Shown: positions 20,068-29,892 of the stretch, one piece after another | Layout: every line of letters begins with the position of its first letter | Numbering within the stretch: position 1 is the stretch's first letter | Assembly (NCBI GenBank): GCA_030064765.1 | Contig: JASJEG010000004.1 | Span: 1 to 53,863 of the forward strand | Source: Acidimicrobiia bacterium | GTDB taxonomy: Bacteria; Actinomycetota; Acidimicrobiia; Spongiisociales; UBA5794 | DNA: 53,863 nucleotides | Direction of reading: 5' to 3' | Notes under the pieces: generated by a model | Told to the model about the DNA's origin: nothing | What the model saw: the letters and a program-made list of their open reading frames with translations, nothing else | The model's database searches: none | Made by a program: the position numbers and the translations under genes

Positions 20068-21786
20068 TTAGCCGGGTATCGACGCAACCGGTCGCGGCGA
20101 GTCCTGCTGCTCGGTTCTCGAATCGACCGCCGGGAGGCGAAGCCGGAAGTGGCTCCATTGGTCGCGACGGGTGTAGTCGAGATCGCCGTTCATCGCCCGG
20201 GCGAGGGCGCGGGACACGTAGAGGCCCAAACCGACCGATCCCGTCCCGTTCCTCGAGGCGTGGGCCGACTCGTATGGTTCGAAGACCAACTCACGCTTCG
20301 CCGCCGGGATCCCCTCCCCGTTGTCCGAGACGATGGTCTCGACCCAGGGGCCTGCGACGCTGACTTCGACCCGGACCTCGTCTCCGCCGTAGCGGATTGC
20401 GTTGGTGAAGAGATTGCGCAGGATCTGTCGCACCCGTTGCGGGTCGGCAAGAGCGATGGCGGGATCGCCGCTGACTTTGGGCACGGCATCGACAACGCGA
20501 AGGGCTACCTCGAGCTCGGCCATCACATCGACAGGCTGGCTCGCCACTGTCACGCTGCTGATGTCGCTCCTCGCAGCAATAAGCAGGTCCTCGACTATTG
20601 CACTGAGCTCGTCGGTTTCGTCAACGATCATTGAATGCAGAGTTCCGATTTCGTCCGGTTCGAAGTCCAACGGTCGGTCCCGTATCTCATTTGCCAGGCC
20701 GGAGACCACAGTCAACGGTGTTCGTAGCTCATGAGAAACGGTGGCAAGGAACCGGTCCTTCTCCTCGGCCAGCGCTTTCAAGTTGACCGAGCGGTTCCGC
20801 TCGCGACGTCTATCGACGAACAGCCACAGTGACACTGCGGCGAGGGTCATGGCTACCGCCACCGCGAGCCCGGTGGTCCACGGTGGCCGCCCCTCCAGTT
20901 CGGCGAGCGCCTCGTCCGTCGGCGCCACTGCGAGTCGCCACGGCGCGTTGGGGACGTCCAGGTCGAAGAAGCTGACATTGGCGGACTGGATCCGTTCGGG
21001 CGCACCGCCAATGGGCACAACCTCCCATTGCACATCGTCGAGGATGCGAGTTTCGGCGTTAGCGAGTAGCAGCGGTTCCAGCATCACGGAGGCGACGACT
21101 CCTATCGGCTCGCCACCGTCTGGGCCGACCGGAACCGACGCAAAGAACAAGCGGTCAAATCTGAAGGAGGCGGCCTCGATCCCGAAGAAGGACGAGAGGT
21201 TGCGCCCATCGGCCTTGATCGCAGTAGTCACCAGAGCTCGCCAGGCAGGGTTGTAGCCGGCATCGAGTCCCAGTCCCAGTTCGGGGATCGATACATCGTC
21301 ACCCAGCAGGGGACGAATCAGGTCGCCGAATGCAAACAACTGGATCGGGTAGAACTCAGTACGTCCGGTGCGGTCGAGGGGCTCAGGGAAGGCGGTCTCC
21401 GGAGCGAGGCCGAGGAAGTCGTAGAACTCGCCAAGTGTTGCCCGCCGTTCCGCAATGTGAGCTTCGGCCTGGTCCGCTGGCACATAGTCGAGGTATCCGA
21501 TGCCGATCGAGTTTGACGTTCCCTCAATGTGATCGACGAAGCTCTGGAAGGATGCGGGGGAGGGGCTGCCGTAGGTTATGTACGCAGCCATTGCCTCGAG
21601 ATCGTCAAACGCGTCGTCGAGAAGATCCTGCACGACCGATTCCACGACTTCGGATCGTCCCTGAGTCCACGTAGCGACTTCGGCGCGGTAACTGGCAGCG
21701 TCTAGGAGCGCAGCAGCAACCCCCGAGCCCACCACGAGGATGACGAGCGCGAGTACGAAGAGACGCCGCTTCGCTGGATTGTCCAC
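20068..21786 (-). CDS. Sensor histidine kinase with CHASE-like domain (paralog 3)
   Basis: Same architecture; RTEFYPIQLF...LGLDAGYNPAWR; SHELRTPLT. Confidence 0.9.
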   Translation of the reverse strand: MDNPAKRRLFVLALVILVVGSGVAAALLDAASYRAEVATWTQGRSEVVESVVQDLLDDAFDDLEAMAAYITYGSPSPASFQSFVDHIEGTSNSIGIGYLDYVPADQAEAHIAERRATLGEFYDFLGLAPETAFPEPLDRTGRTEFYPIQLFAFGDLIRPLLGDDVSIPELGLGLDAGYNPAWRALVTTAIKADGRNLSSFFGIEAASFRFDRLFFASVPVGPDGGEPIGVVASVMLEPLLLANAETRILDDVQWEVVPIGGAPERIQSANVSFFDLDVPNAPWRLAVAPTDEALAELEGRPPWTTGLAVAVAMTLAAVSLWLFVDRRRERNRSVNLKALAEEKDRFLATVSHELRTPLTVVSGLANEIRDRPLDFEPDEIGTLHSMIVDETDELSAIVEDLLIAARSDISSVTVASQPVDVMAELEVALRVVDAVPKVSGDPAIALADPQRVRQILRNLFTNAIRYGGDEVRVEVSVAGPWVETIVSDNGEGIPAAKRELVFEPYESAHASRNGTGSVGLGLYVSRALARAMNGDLDYTRRDQWSHFRLRLPAVDSRTEQQDSPRPVASIPG

Positions 21787-21793
21787 CCAGATA

Positions 21794-21820
21794 ATGTCGG
21801 CTCGAGGAGGTGCCCCTTAA
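21794..21820 (-). promoter_or_regulatory. Sigma-28-type promoter, leaderless, kinase 3
   Basis: TTAA-N15-GCCGACAT-N7-GTG. Confidence 0.75.
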
Positions 21821-21830
21821 CGGATGAGAC

Positions 21831-22391
21831 TCACTCCGGTGCGAGGCTGCTCTGGCTCACGAGCCTTGCCCGGCTGGCGTAATCAAACCCCGGTTGGATC
21901 ATCCACATGAAGGCAAGCCCGGATAGGGCAGCAAGGATGATCTCGGCACGGGCCACCGCCGCTTCCTCGTCCATTTCGGGGTGCTCCCGGCCGATGGCGG
22001 CGGCAAAGCGCGCCACCCGACGCTGATGATGGCCGATGATCTGATCGCCCAGCGAACCGTTGGTGGCCCCGGAAATGGCGATCTTGAGATAGACCCGTGC
22101 AACTTCGGGTTGTCCGGTGATGAAGAGGATGAAGGCCTCGATCAGTTCGCGCAGGGAATCAGGGACGTCTTTGTCCGGGTGGGGGTCGACAGCCCGGATC
22201 GCGTCCTTCACCACCTGCATCACTGCGTCGTCCTTGGACTCGAACAGGTTGTAGAAACTGCCCGCACGCACGCCGGCTCGATCACAGATTGCCTTCAGGG
22301 TGGTGCCTTCGAGCCCCACCTCGCCCAGCAACTCGCGAGTCGCCTCGAGGATGCGCTCCTCGGTGCGAATGCCCGCCTGATATCGAGCCAA
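21831..22391 (-). CDS. TetR family regulator
   Basis: ERILEATRELL..G...TTLKAICDRAGVRAGSFYNLFESK; AAGGAAGG before TTG. Confidence 0.88.
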   Translation of the reverse strand: MARYQAGIRTEERILEATRELLGEVGLEGTTLKAICDRAGVRAGSFYNLFESKDDAVMQVVKDAIRAVDPHPDKDVPDSLRELIEAFILFITGQPEVARVYLKIAISGATNGSLGDQIIGHHQRRVARFAAAIGREHPEMDEEAAVARAEIILAALSGLAFMWMIQPGFDYASRARLVSQSSLAPE

Positions 22392-22436
22392 GATCCCTTC
22401 CTTTCCTTTTCCACCATAGCCGGATCGAGCCAAACT

Positions 22437-22472
22437 TAGAGCATTCACTCAAAATAGAGTGTATAGTCAAAA
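22437..22472. promoter_or_regulatory. Two tandem imperfect palindromes, probable TetR operators
   Basis: TAGAGCATTCACTCAAAA and TAGAGTGTATAGTCAAAA at 18-bp period in the divergent intergenic region. Confidence 0.5.
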
Positions 22473-22515
22473 TCGAATGCGGTGAGTCCGCGTCCGGCTA
22501 GCCACGGGGTCTGTC

Positions 22516-24321
22516 ATGAGCCACTACAAGACGAACCTGCGAGACATCAAGTTCAACCTCTTCGAGGCATATAACACTCAGAACTACATGGGTGAGGAGC
22601 CGTTCACCGACATGGACGAGGAGACCGCCCGTCACATGCTCGACGAGATTGGCCGGTTTGCGGTCGAGGAGTTCGCCGCCAGCTTCGAGGACGCCGATCG
22701 GAACCCGCCCGTGTTCGAAGACGGCGAGATCAAGCTTCCGCAGAGCCTCAAGGATTCACTCAACGCGTACTTCGAGGCGGGCTGGGACAGCCTGTTCCGC
22801 CCGCAGGAACTCGACGGCGTTGCCGCTCCCTCCTCACTGCGGTGGGCCGTGCAGGAGATCCTGGTTGGAGCAAACCCCTCGGCGTTTCTGTTCATCGGCA
22901 CCCTGATGGCGGTCGTTCTCAACGAAGTTGGCACGCCGGAACAGATCGAGCGCTTCGTCAGGCCGGCGCTGGACAACAACTGGGGTGGGACGATGGTGCT
23001 CACCGAGCCCGATGCCGGCTCGGACGTCGGCGCCGGAACGACGAAGGCCATCCCGGTCGATGAGGACGCAGGGGTTTACCACCTGGAGGGAGTGAAGCGG
23101 TTCATAACCTCTGGAGACCACGACGCATTCGAGAACATCATTCACCTGGTGCTGGCGCGTCCCGTCGGTGCCGGTCCGGGCACCAAGGGCCTATCGATGT
23201 TCATTGTTCCCAAGTTCCTGGTCAACGAGGACGGCTCGATTGGCGAGCGGAACGGTGTTGTTGCCACCAATCTCGAGAAGAAGATGGGTATCAAGGCGTC
23301 GACCACGACCGAGCTGACCTTTGGAATGGATGATCCGTGCGTTGGTTATCTGGTCGGCAACTCGCACGACGGGATTCGGCAGATGTTCCAGGTCATCGAG
23401 CGCGCCCGCATGTTGATTGGGACCAAGGCAGTCGCAACTCTCTCAACCGGCTACCTGAACTCCCTGGAGTATGCCAAGGAGCGCGTGCAGGGCGCCGATC
23501 TCACCCAGATGCTGGACAAGACGGCGCCGCGGGTCGAGATCATCCGGCACCCCGACGTACGCCGCATGCTGATGCTGCAGAAGTCCCATGTCGAGGGCTT
23601 GCGGGCTCTCCTGTACTACACCGCCTGGGTGCAGGACCAGAAAGAGCGGTTCCCCGACGATGACATGTGGGCCAAGCGCGACGACCTGCTACTGCCGCTC
23701 GTCAAGGGCTATTCATCGGAGAAGGCCTACGAGCTGCTGTCGACTTCGCTTCAGGTGTACGGGGGATCCGGGTTCACTACCGACTACCCGATCGAGCAGT
23801 ACATCCGGGACACCAAGATCGACACCCTGTATGAGGGGACGACTGCGATCCAGGCGCTCGATCTGTTCTTCCGCAAGATTGCCCGAGATCAGGGTCAGGC
23901 CCTCATGGCGCTTGCCGGCGAAATGCTGGAGACGGTCAAGGGTGGTCCCGAGGAGCTGGCCGTCGAGCGCGAGCTGCTCGGTAAGGCTCTCGAAGCGACC
24001 CAGGAGCACGTGGGCGCGATGGTCGGCCACCTGATGGGCGCGGCGCAGGATCCCGGCGGCATGTACAAGCTCGCGCTTCATGCCAATGCGCTGCTGGAGA
24101 GCGCATCCGAGGTCACGATTGGCTGGCTGCTGCTGCGGCACGCCGAGGTCGCGCTGGACGCGCTGCCCGAAGCCGAGGCTCGCGACAAGGCGTTCTACGA
24201 AGGCAAGATCGCATCGGCGCGGTTCTTCGCCCGTCATGCGCTACCCAAGGCCAAGACCCGCCAGCTCGAAGCGACTCGGGAAGACGGTGCGTTGATGGAG
24301 ATGGCCGACGAAGCGTTCTAG
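22516..24321 (+). CDS. Acyl-CoA dehydrogenase (FadE5-like)
   Basis: MSHYKTNLRDIKFNLFE, TMVLTEPDAGSDVG, KRFITSG, YEGTTAIQ. Confidence 0.93.
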   Translation: MSHYKTNLRDIKFNLFEAYNTQNYMGEEPFTDMDEETARHMLDEIGRFAVEEFAASFEDADRNPPVFEDGEIKLPQSLKDSLNAYFEAGWDSLFRPQELDGVAAPSSLRWAVQEILVGANPSAFLFIGTLMAVVLNEVGTPEQIERFVRPALDNNWGGTMVLTEPDAGSDVGAGTTKAIPVDEDAGVYHLEGVKRFITSGDHDAFENIIHLVLARPVGAGPGTKGLSMFIVPKFLVNEDGSIGERNGVVATNLEKKMGIKASTTTELTFGMDDPCVGYLVGNSHDGIRQMFQVIERARMLIGTKAVATLSTGYLNSLEYAKERVQGADLTQMLDKTAPRVEIIRHPDVRRMLMLQKSHVEGLRALLYYTAWVQDQKERFPDDDMWAKRDDLLLPLVKGYSSEKAYELLSTSLQVYGGSGFTTDYPIEQYIRDTKIDTLYEGTTAIQALDLFFRKIARDQGQALMALAGEMLETVKGGPEELAVERELLGKALEATQEHVGAMVGHLMGAAQDPGGMYKLALHANALLESASEVTIGWLLLRHAEVALDALPEAEARDKAFYEGKIASARFFARHALPKAKTRQLEATREDGALMEMADEAF

Positions 24322-24334
24322 GTAATGCTTCGGC

Positions 24335-25504
24335 CTAGAGGCTGATCAGCGGCCCGAATACCGAGACCAGCCCGATACTGACAACGCCGACGGACGCAGC
24401 GGCAGCAATCCCGACGACAAAGGGTTTCAAACCGAGACCCTTCAACTGCGCCAGCGAAGTACCGAGTCCGACGGCCGCCATTGCCGTTGCCAGGGTGTAC
24501 TCGGCGGCTGTGCGAATCCAATGAGTCAGATCTCCCCATGTTTCGGCTCCCCAGAGACCGAATGCGTTGCCTCCCCCATCAACCGCGGCATCGCCGATCG
24601 AGCGGATTGCGGCCATGACGACGAATCCGATGATGAAGACCGGGAACATGTCACGCATCCGTGTGCCGGTGCCGGCATCCTCACCGTTGCGGGCAAGGTT
24701 GCGGGCATAGAGATAGGTGACTCCGGGGATCACCAGGATCATCATCACGTTGCGAACGAGCTTGGCGACGACGGCGACGTCGGCGACGCTCGGCGTAGCT
24801 GTGACGTTGAAGGACTGGTCGTAGATGAGGCCGGCTCCGGCTACCTGTGCGGTTTCGTGGATTGACGTCCCCAGGAACAGACCGGTGTTGGCGATGTCCC
24901 CAGCGAAGATCAGATCGCCGAGGAAGGGATAGAGAAGCATGGCGGCGATGCCAAAGATGGTGATGTTGGCAACGGCATAGGCCACCTCCTCTTCCTTGGC
25001 TCGCAATCCCGGGGCAGCGGCGACGATGGCGGTTGCCCCACAGATGCCTGTGCCGATGGCGATAAGCGCTCCGAGCCGATCGGACAGCCCGAGGCGGCGG
25101 GTCGCAGCGATGGCAACGATGAGCCCCGTGGCCACCGCACCAACTACGACCGGGATTCCAAACCCTCCGATCTCGAGCACGTCGCCAAGGCTGAGCCGGA
25201 TGCCGAGCAGGATGATGCCCAGCCGCAGCACCTTCTTGAGAGAGAACTGAAGCCCGGGGGAGAAACGGTCTCCGAGCCCGACGGTATTGCGGATGAGCAT
25301 GCCGAGCACGATGGCAACCAGGATGAATGAGATGAGCCCGTCGAACCCGAGCGCGGCATTGACCAACTCGGCCAGTACGGCGGAAGCGACGACCACAGCC
25401 AGAGCAAGAAGAACCCCGGGGATCAGGCTGGGGATCTGATCGCGGGTTGTTCCCAGCAGCAGGTTCTCGATGAACCCGGGTTGTCGGTCGCTGGTTGTCT
25501 TCAT
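24335..25504 (-). CDS. YeiH/putative sulfate exporter family membrane protein
   Basis: LRLGIILLG, GTGICGATAI, GTSIHETAQV, KLVRN, AMAAVGL. Confidence 0.88.
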   Translation of the reverse strand: MKTTSDRQPGFIENLLLGTTRDQIPSLIPGVLLALAVVVASAVLAELVNAALGFDGLISFILVAIVLGMLIRNTVGLGDRFSPGLQFSLKKVLRLGIILLGIRLSLGDVLEIGGFGIPVVVGAVATGLIVAIAATRRLGLSDRLGALIAIGTGICGATAIVAAAPGLRAKEEEVAYAVANITIFGIAAMLLYPFLGDLIFAGDIANTGLFLGTSIHETAQVAGAGLIYDQSFNVTATPSVADVAVVAKLVRNVMMILVIPGVTYLYARNLARNGEDAGTGTRMRDMFPVFIIGFVVMAAIRSIGDAAVDGGGNAFGLWGAETWGDLTHWIRTAAEYTLATAMAAVGLGTSLAQLKGLGLKPFVVGIAAAASVGVVSIGLVSVFGPLISL

Positions 25505-25570
25505 GGGATCTCCGCTGGAAGGGGTTCCATTCTTGCAGACGACGACGCCGTGAACCCAATCAGGGTGGGG

Positions 25571-25945
25571 CTAGGTGCGCTTGGCCAGTGCGGACTCTGC
25601 GGCACGACGGAGATCGTCGGGCCGGAAAGGCATCTTGACTACCGCATCGACGCCTGCTTCTTCGATCGTCTGAATGGACTTCTCGCGAGTGTCGGTCGTG
25701 ATCGCCACGATCGCCGGCCGGTTGGACCGGGCAAGCAGTCGCTCCACAATGCCGAGACCAATTGTGAATGGCTGATACATGCCGATCACTACGAGATCGG
25801 CTTCCTTGAATCCACCCAGTCGCTGTGGGCTGTGGGGTAGCCGCTGGCTCTCGAACTCGCTGCCGAGATCGCGGAAACACGTCTCGATGAGACGTCCCAG
25901 CACAGCGGAGTCTTCGATTATCAGCACACGCATCTGATATTCCAT
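25571..25945 (-). CDS. Stand-alone atypical receiver domain protein
   Basis: RVLIIEDS, DLVVIG (Gly at the phospho-Asp position), IVAITT, AGVDAVVKMPF. Confidence 0.75.
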   Translation of the reverse strand: MEYQMRVLIIEDSAVLGRLIETCFRDLGSEFESQRLPHSPQRLGGFKEADLVVIGMYQPFTIGLGIVERLLARSNRPAIVAITTDTREKSIQTIEEAGVDAVVKMPFRPDDLRRAAESALAKRT

Positions 25946-26157
25946 CCGTGGAAACTGACACCTTCTTGGTGTAGATAGCTTCCCTAAATCAAGCACACTC
26001 CGTTGCATTCTTATAGTCGAATGTATGCATTATGCCCGGAAAATGGCCATGTTGCACTTATCTGCGAGCTACAAATGACCAGGCAAAATGTGGCTTCCTC
26101 ATTGCATATTCTGTCAGTTCTTCGTCCCGACGGGTGAGCGGCAGTACTCTTATATGC

Positions 26158-26661
26158 ATGAGTAACTATGACTTCGTCTTGGGTCTGCGTGCGATACGTG
26201 GCTACGGAGAGCAGCCAGTTTCTTCCGAGCACATGACCGCAATCCTGGAAGCAGCCCGCTGGACCGGCTCCGCGAAGAACCGACAGGACTGGGCGTTTGT
26301 GGTCGTGACCGAACGCGAGCAACTCGAGAGGGTTGCCACCTGTGGCCACTACACCGACCCGGTCAGGAACTCGGCCGCCACCATCGTGATCGTGGAAGAG
26401 CCCGGCGGATACGAGTTCGACTCCGGCCGGGTTGCCCAGAACATCATGCTGGCCGCCAAGGCGTTGGGTGTTGCCTCGTGCCCGATCACGCTCCACCACA
26501 GCGATCGGGTGAGCGAGGTGCTCCACCTGGCTGAGGGTCGATCGTGCCGTTACGCGGTAGCGCTCGGCTACCCGCTACCGGGAGCTGAGCCGGCAGTCCT
26601 GGGGGGTCGCAAACCTCTCGCCGACCTGGTGCACTGGCAGACCTACGGGGGTAGCCGCTAG
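26158..26661 (+). CDS. Nitroreductase family protein
   Basis: LRAIRGY, ILEAARWTGSAKNRQDW.FVVV, DSGRVAQNIMLAA, ALGYP, RKPL. Confidence 0.9.
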   Translation: MSNYDFVLGLRAIRGYGEQPVSSEHMTAILEAARWTGSAKNRQDWAFVVVTEREQLERVATCGHYTDPVRNSAATIVIVEEPGGYEFDSGRVAQNIMLAAKALGVASCPITLHHSDRVSEVLHLAEGRSCRYAVALGYPLPGAEPAVLGGRKPLADLVHWQTYGGSR

Positions 26662-26709
26662 CTCTCGTAGCAACGGCCCGATTCTGCCGTTCGTCGCCCC
26701 GAATCAACC

Positions 26710-26737
26710 CTTACCTCTGCCGCTTCTCTGCCGACAG
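26710..26737 (+). promoter_or_regulatory. Sigma-28-type promoter for flhB operon
   Basis: CTTA-N16-GCCGACAG. Confidence 0.65.
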
Positions 26738-26803
26738 TGACCCAGGCCGAAGGAACGGCTGCATCGCCAATGGAATGGCTTGGATTGACGACCGGAGTCG
26801 GAA

Positions 26804-27850
26804 TTGAGCCGTTCCCAGGATCGGACAGAGAAGCCAACTGAGCGACGGAAGCGAGAAGCGCGTCGCGAAGGTCGTGTTGCCAAGTCCCAAGAGGTAGGCG
26901 TTGCCCTCTCCATGGTCATGCTCGTGTTGGCACTGCGCTTCCTGGCTCCCGCAGCAGCCGCCCAGATCGCAGATCGAGCGCGAGCCATCTTCGCCATTTC
27001 CGGAAGAGCCACCTTCAGCCCCGAAATCGGCTCTCACGTCATCGGGATGATCATGGTCGGGCTCGTGCCGGTTCTGCTCGCTGCGACCGTCTTCGGAGTT
27101 GCGGGTGGCGTTGGCCAGGTCGGCTTGACGCTGGCCCCGAAAGCCGCCAAGCCCAAGCTCTCCAACCTTTCGCTGAAGAAGGGCCTCAATCGATTCAAGC
27201 CGTCGGTGTTCATGTGGGAGCTGGTCAAGGCTGTGGGCAAGGTGGGTTTGCTCGTTGCCTTCATCTGGGGCCCGCTCATGGCCTGGATGGATCGTCTCGG
27301 CGAGCCGCTTGGCATCGTCGATGCGATCAGCTTCACCGGTGACCAGGTCTGGCAGATCGTGTTGCGGGCTGCGGGTTTGGCGGTCGTGATTGCCGGTTCT
27401 GACTATGCGGTCAATCGAATCCGGCACAACAAAGAGATGAAGATGACCAAGCAAGAAATGCGCGAGGAGTTCAAGAGCTCCGAGGGTGACCCGATGGTCC
27501 GCGCCGCTCGCCGGCAGCGTGCTCGGGAGATGAGCCGCAACCGCATGATCTTCGACGTTGCGCACGCCGACGTAGTAGTCACCAACCCGACCCGACTCGC
27601 GATTGCCCTCAAGTACGACCCGGATGAGGTCGCCCCCCGGATTGTCGCTAAGGGAGCAGGCAAGATCGCCGCCAAGATTCGCCGTGAGGCTCGCCGCAAC
27701 GGGGTGCCTCTCATCGAGAACAAGCCGCTGGCCCGCACGCTCTACCGCAAAGTCAAGGTCGGCGGGTTTGTGCCGGCCAACCTGTTCGAGGCCGTTGCCG
27801 CCGTGCTGGCCGTCGCCTACCGCCGTCGTCCACGTAGGAGAGTCGCATGA
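26804..27850 (+). CDS. flhB: Flagellar export protein FlhB
   Basis: RTEKPT.RR.REAR.EG.V.KS, KMTKQE...E.K.SEGDP, TNPT, LARTLY. Confidence 0.95.
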   Translation: MSRSQDRTEKPTERRKREARREGRVAKSQEVGVALSMVMLVLALRFLAPAAAAQIADRARAIFAISGRATFSPEIGSHVIGMIMVGLVPVLLAATVFGVAGGVGQVGLTLAPKAAKPKLSNLSLKKGLNRFKPSVFMWELVKAVGKVGLLVAFIWGPLMAWMDRLGEPLGIVDAISFTGDQVWQIVLRAAGLAVVIAGSDYAVNRIRHNKEMKMTKQEMREEFKSSEGDPMVRAARRQRAREMSRNRMIFDVAHADVVVTNPTRLAIALKYDPDEVAPRIVAKGAGKIAAKIRREARRNGVPLIENKPLARTLYRKVKVGGFVPANLFEAVAAVLAVAYRRRPRRRVA

Positions 27851-29892
27851 GGCGCTCGTCGATAGTCGTCCCGCTTTCGCTCATTGGAGTGATCATGATG
27901 ATGATCATTCCGATCTCGGCGACTGTTCTCGACACGATGCTGGCTGCGAACATCACGATCGCCGTGCTCGTGCTGCTCGGAGTCATCCTGCTCTCCGACA
28001 GTCTCGACTTCTCGGTCTTTCCGTCGCTGCTGCTCGTCACCACGCTGGCCCGACTGGCTCTCAACGTGTCCTCCACCCGGCTGATCCTGCTCGACGGCAA
28101 CGCCGGCAAAGTCATTGATACCTTCGGCAACTTCGTCATCGGCAGTTCGGTCATAGTTGGTCTCGTCGTATTCCTGATCCTGATCGTGATCCAGTTCGTC
28201 GTCATCACCAACGGTGCCACCAGGGTGGCCGAGGTCGCTGCCCGGTTCACATTGGACGCCATGCCCGGCAAGCAGATGGCGATCGATGCCGATCTCGGTG
28301 CGGGGCTGATCGACGAGGCGCAGGCCAAGGAGCAGCGGAAGCGCATCGCCACCGAGGCAGACTTCTACGGGGCGATGGACGGTGCCGCCAAGTTCGTCAA
28401 GGGCGATGCCATCGCCAGCATCATCATCGTTGTGATCAACCTATTCGGCGGCCTCGCCGTCGGCATGGGCTCCCTCGGCATGAACTTCTCCGAGGCCGTC
28501 AACACGTTCTCCCTACTGTCGGTCGGCGACGGTCTGGTCAGCCAGATCCCGGCACTGCTGATCTCCATCTCCACCGGTCTGCTGGTCACCAGGGTCGGAG
28601 CCGAAGAGGACATCGGCGCAGAGATCGGGTCCCAGCTGCTCGGCAACGCCCGCGCCCTTCGCTTCGGCGGGCTCGCCGTGGCCGGTCTCGGCATGCTCCC
28701 GGGGCTTCCCAAGATCCCGTTCCTCACTCTGGCGGCAATTCTGTTCTTCGCCGGCAGCCGCCGGGCGGCGCTCGACGATCGTGATCGAGAGAAGCCGGAG
28801 GAGGCTCCTGAGGTCACGCTCGATCCTGATGACCCCGAAGCCCTCATGGGCGAGATGCGGGTCGAACCTCTCGAGCTCAGGCTCTCCTACGACATCCTCG
28901 ATCTGATTGATCCGAGCAAGAACGGTGACCTCCTCGACCGGGTCAAGTCATTGCGCAGGCAGATAGCAATGGAACTAGGTGTGGTCATGCCGTTCGTCCG
29001 AACGCGTGACGACGTTTCGCTCCCTCCGGCCACGTACAGCATCGTGCTGCGCGGCACCGAGGTGGGGCGGGGCACCGCTCCACAGGATCAGATCCTGGCC
29101 CTGCCGCTGGGCGACGGCGAAGAATTGCGCGCCCTGGGCGGGACCGAGACCATTGAGCCGGTCTTTGGCCTCAAGGCCTTCTGGGTTCCCGAGTCGGCCC
29201 GTGCCTCGGCAGCCGCCACCGGAGCCACTGCAGTGGATCGGTCGTCGGTCATCGTCACCCACATCGCCGAGGTCGTTCGCGCCAATGCCGCTTCTCTGCT
29301 CAGCCGCCAGGATGTCCAGTCACTCGTCGACGGACTGCGGTACGAGGAGCCCATCCTCGCCAACGAGGTTTCCACCGAGGCGCTGCCACTCGGCCTGCTT
29401 CACAGCGTCCTCCGCAAACTGCTCGAGGACAGGGTTTCGATCCGGGACCTGGGTCCCATCGTCGAGTCCGTTTCCAACCGGGCTGCCGAAACCCGCTCCG
29501 CCGAACAGCTGGCCACCGCCGCCCGGGTTGCCGTGGGAAGGTCGATTGTCGCCCGGATTTCCCCAGACGGCCGGCTCATGGTGATGACGCTGGCCCCGAG
29601 CCTGGAAGCCGCCATGCACGAATCGCTGCGCGAGGTGGATGGAACAACCTTCATCGTCATGGATCCCGCCAAGCTCGATGTTGTCCGCATCGACGTCGAT
29701 CACCTGGCGGGCGAAGCCGCCCGCGCCCAGCGCCCCGCCGCCCTCGTCGTCGGTCAGGCCCTGCGCGGCCCGCTGACCAAGACCCTCCGCGGTATGGGGC
29801 TCGATGTACCCGTACTTGCCTATCCGGAATTGCCCCCCGATGTTGAACTCGAACCAATTGGAGTCATAGGAGCCGCCCTTGCCAATGCTTGA
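27847..29892 (+). CDS. flhA: Flagellar export protein FlhA
   Basis: RVAEVAARFTLDAMPGKQMAIDADL, FYGAMDGAAKFVKGDAIA. Confidence 0.97.
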   Translation: MRRSSIVVPLSLIGVIMMMIIPISATVLDTMLAANITIAVLVLLGVILLSDSLDFSVFPSLLLVTTLARLALNVSSTRLILLDGNAGKVIDTFGNFVIGSSVIVGLVVFLILIVIQFVVITNGATRVAEVAARFTLDAMPGKQMAIDADLGAGLIDEAQAKEQRKRIATEADFYGAMDGAAKFVKGDAIASIIIVVINLFGGLAVGMGSLGMNFSEAVNTFSLLSVGDGLVSQIPALLISISTGLLVTRVGAEEDIGAEIGSQLLGNARALRFGGLAVAGLGMLPGLPKIPFLTLAAILFFAGSRRAALDDRDREKPEEAPEVTLDPDDPEALMGEMRVEPLELRLSYDILDLIDPSKNGDLLDRVKSLRRQIAMELGVVMPFVRTRDDVSLPPATYSIVLRGTEVGRGTAPQDQILALPLGDGEELRALGGTETIEPVFGLKAFWVPESARASAAATGATAVDRSSVIVTHIAEVVRANAASLLSRQDVQSLVDGLRYEEPILANEVSTEALPLGLLHSVLRKLLEDRVSIRDLGPIVESVSNRAAETRSAEQLATAARVAVGRSIVARISPDGRLMVMTLAPSLEAAMHESLREVDGTTFIVMDPAKLDVVRIDVDHLAGEAARAQRPAALVVGQALRGPLTKTLRGMGLDVPVLAYPELPPDVELEPIGVIGAALANA

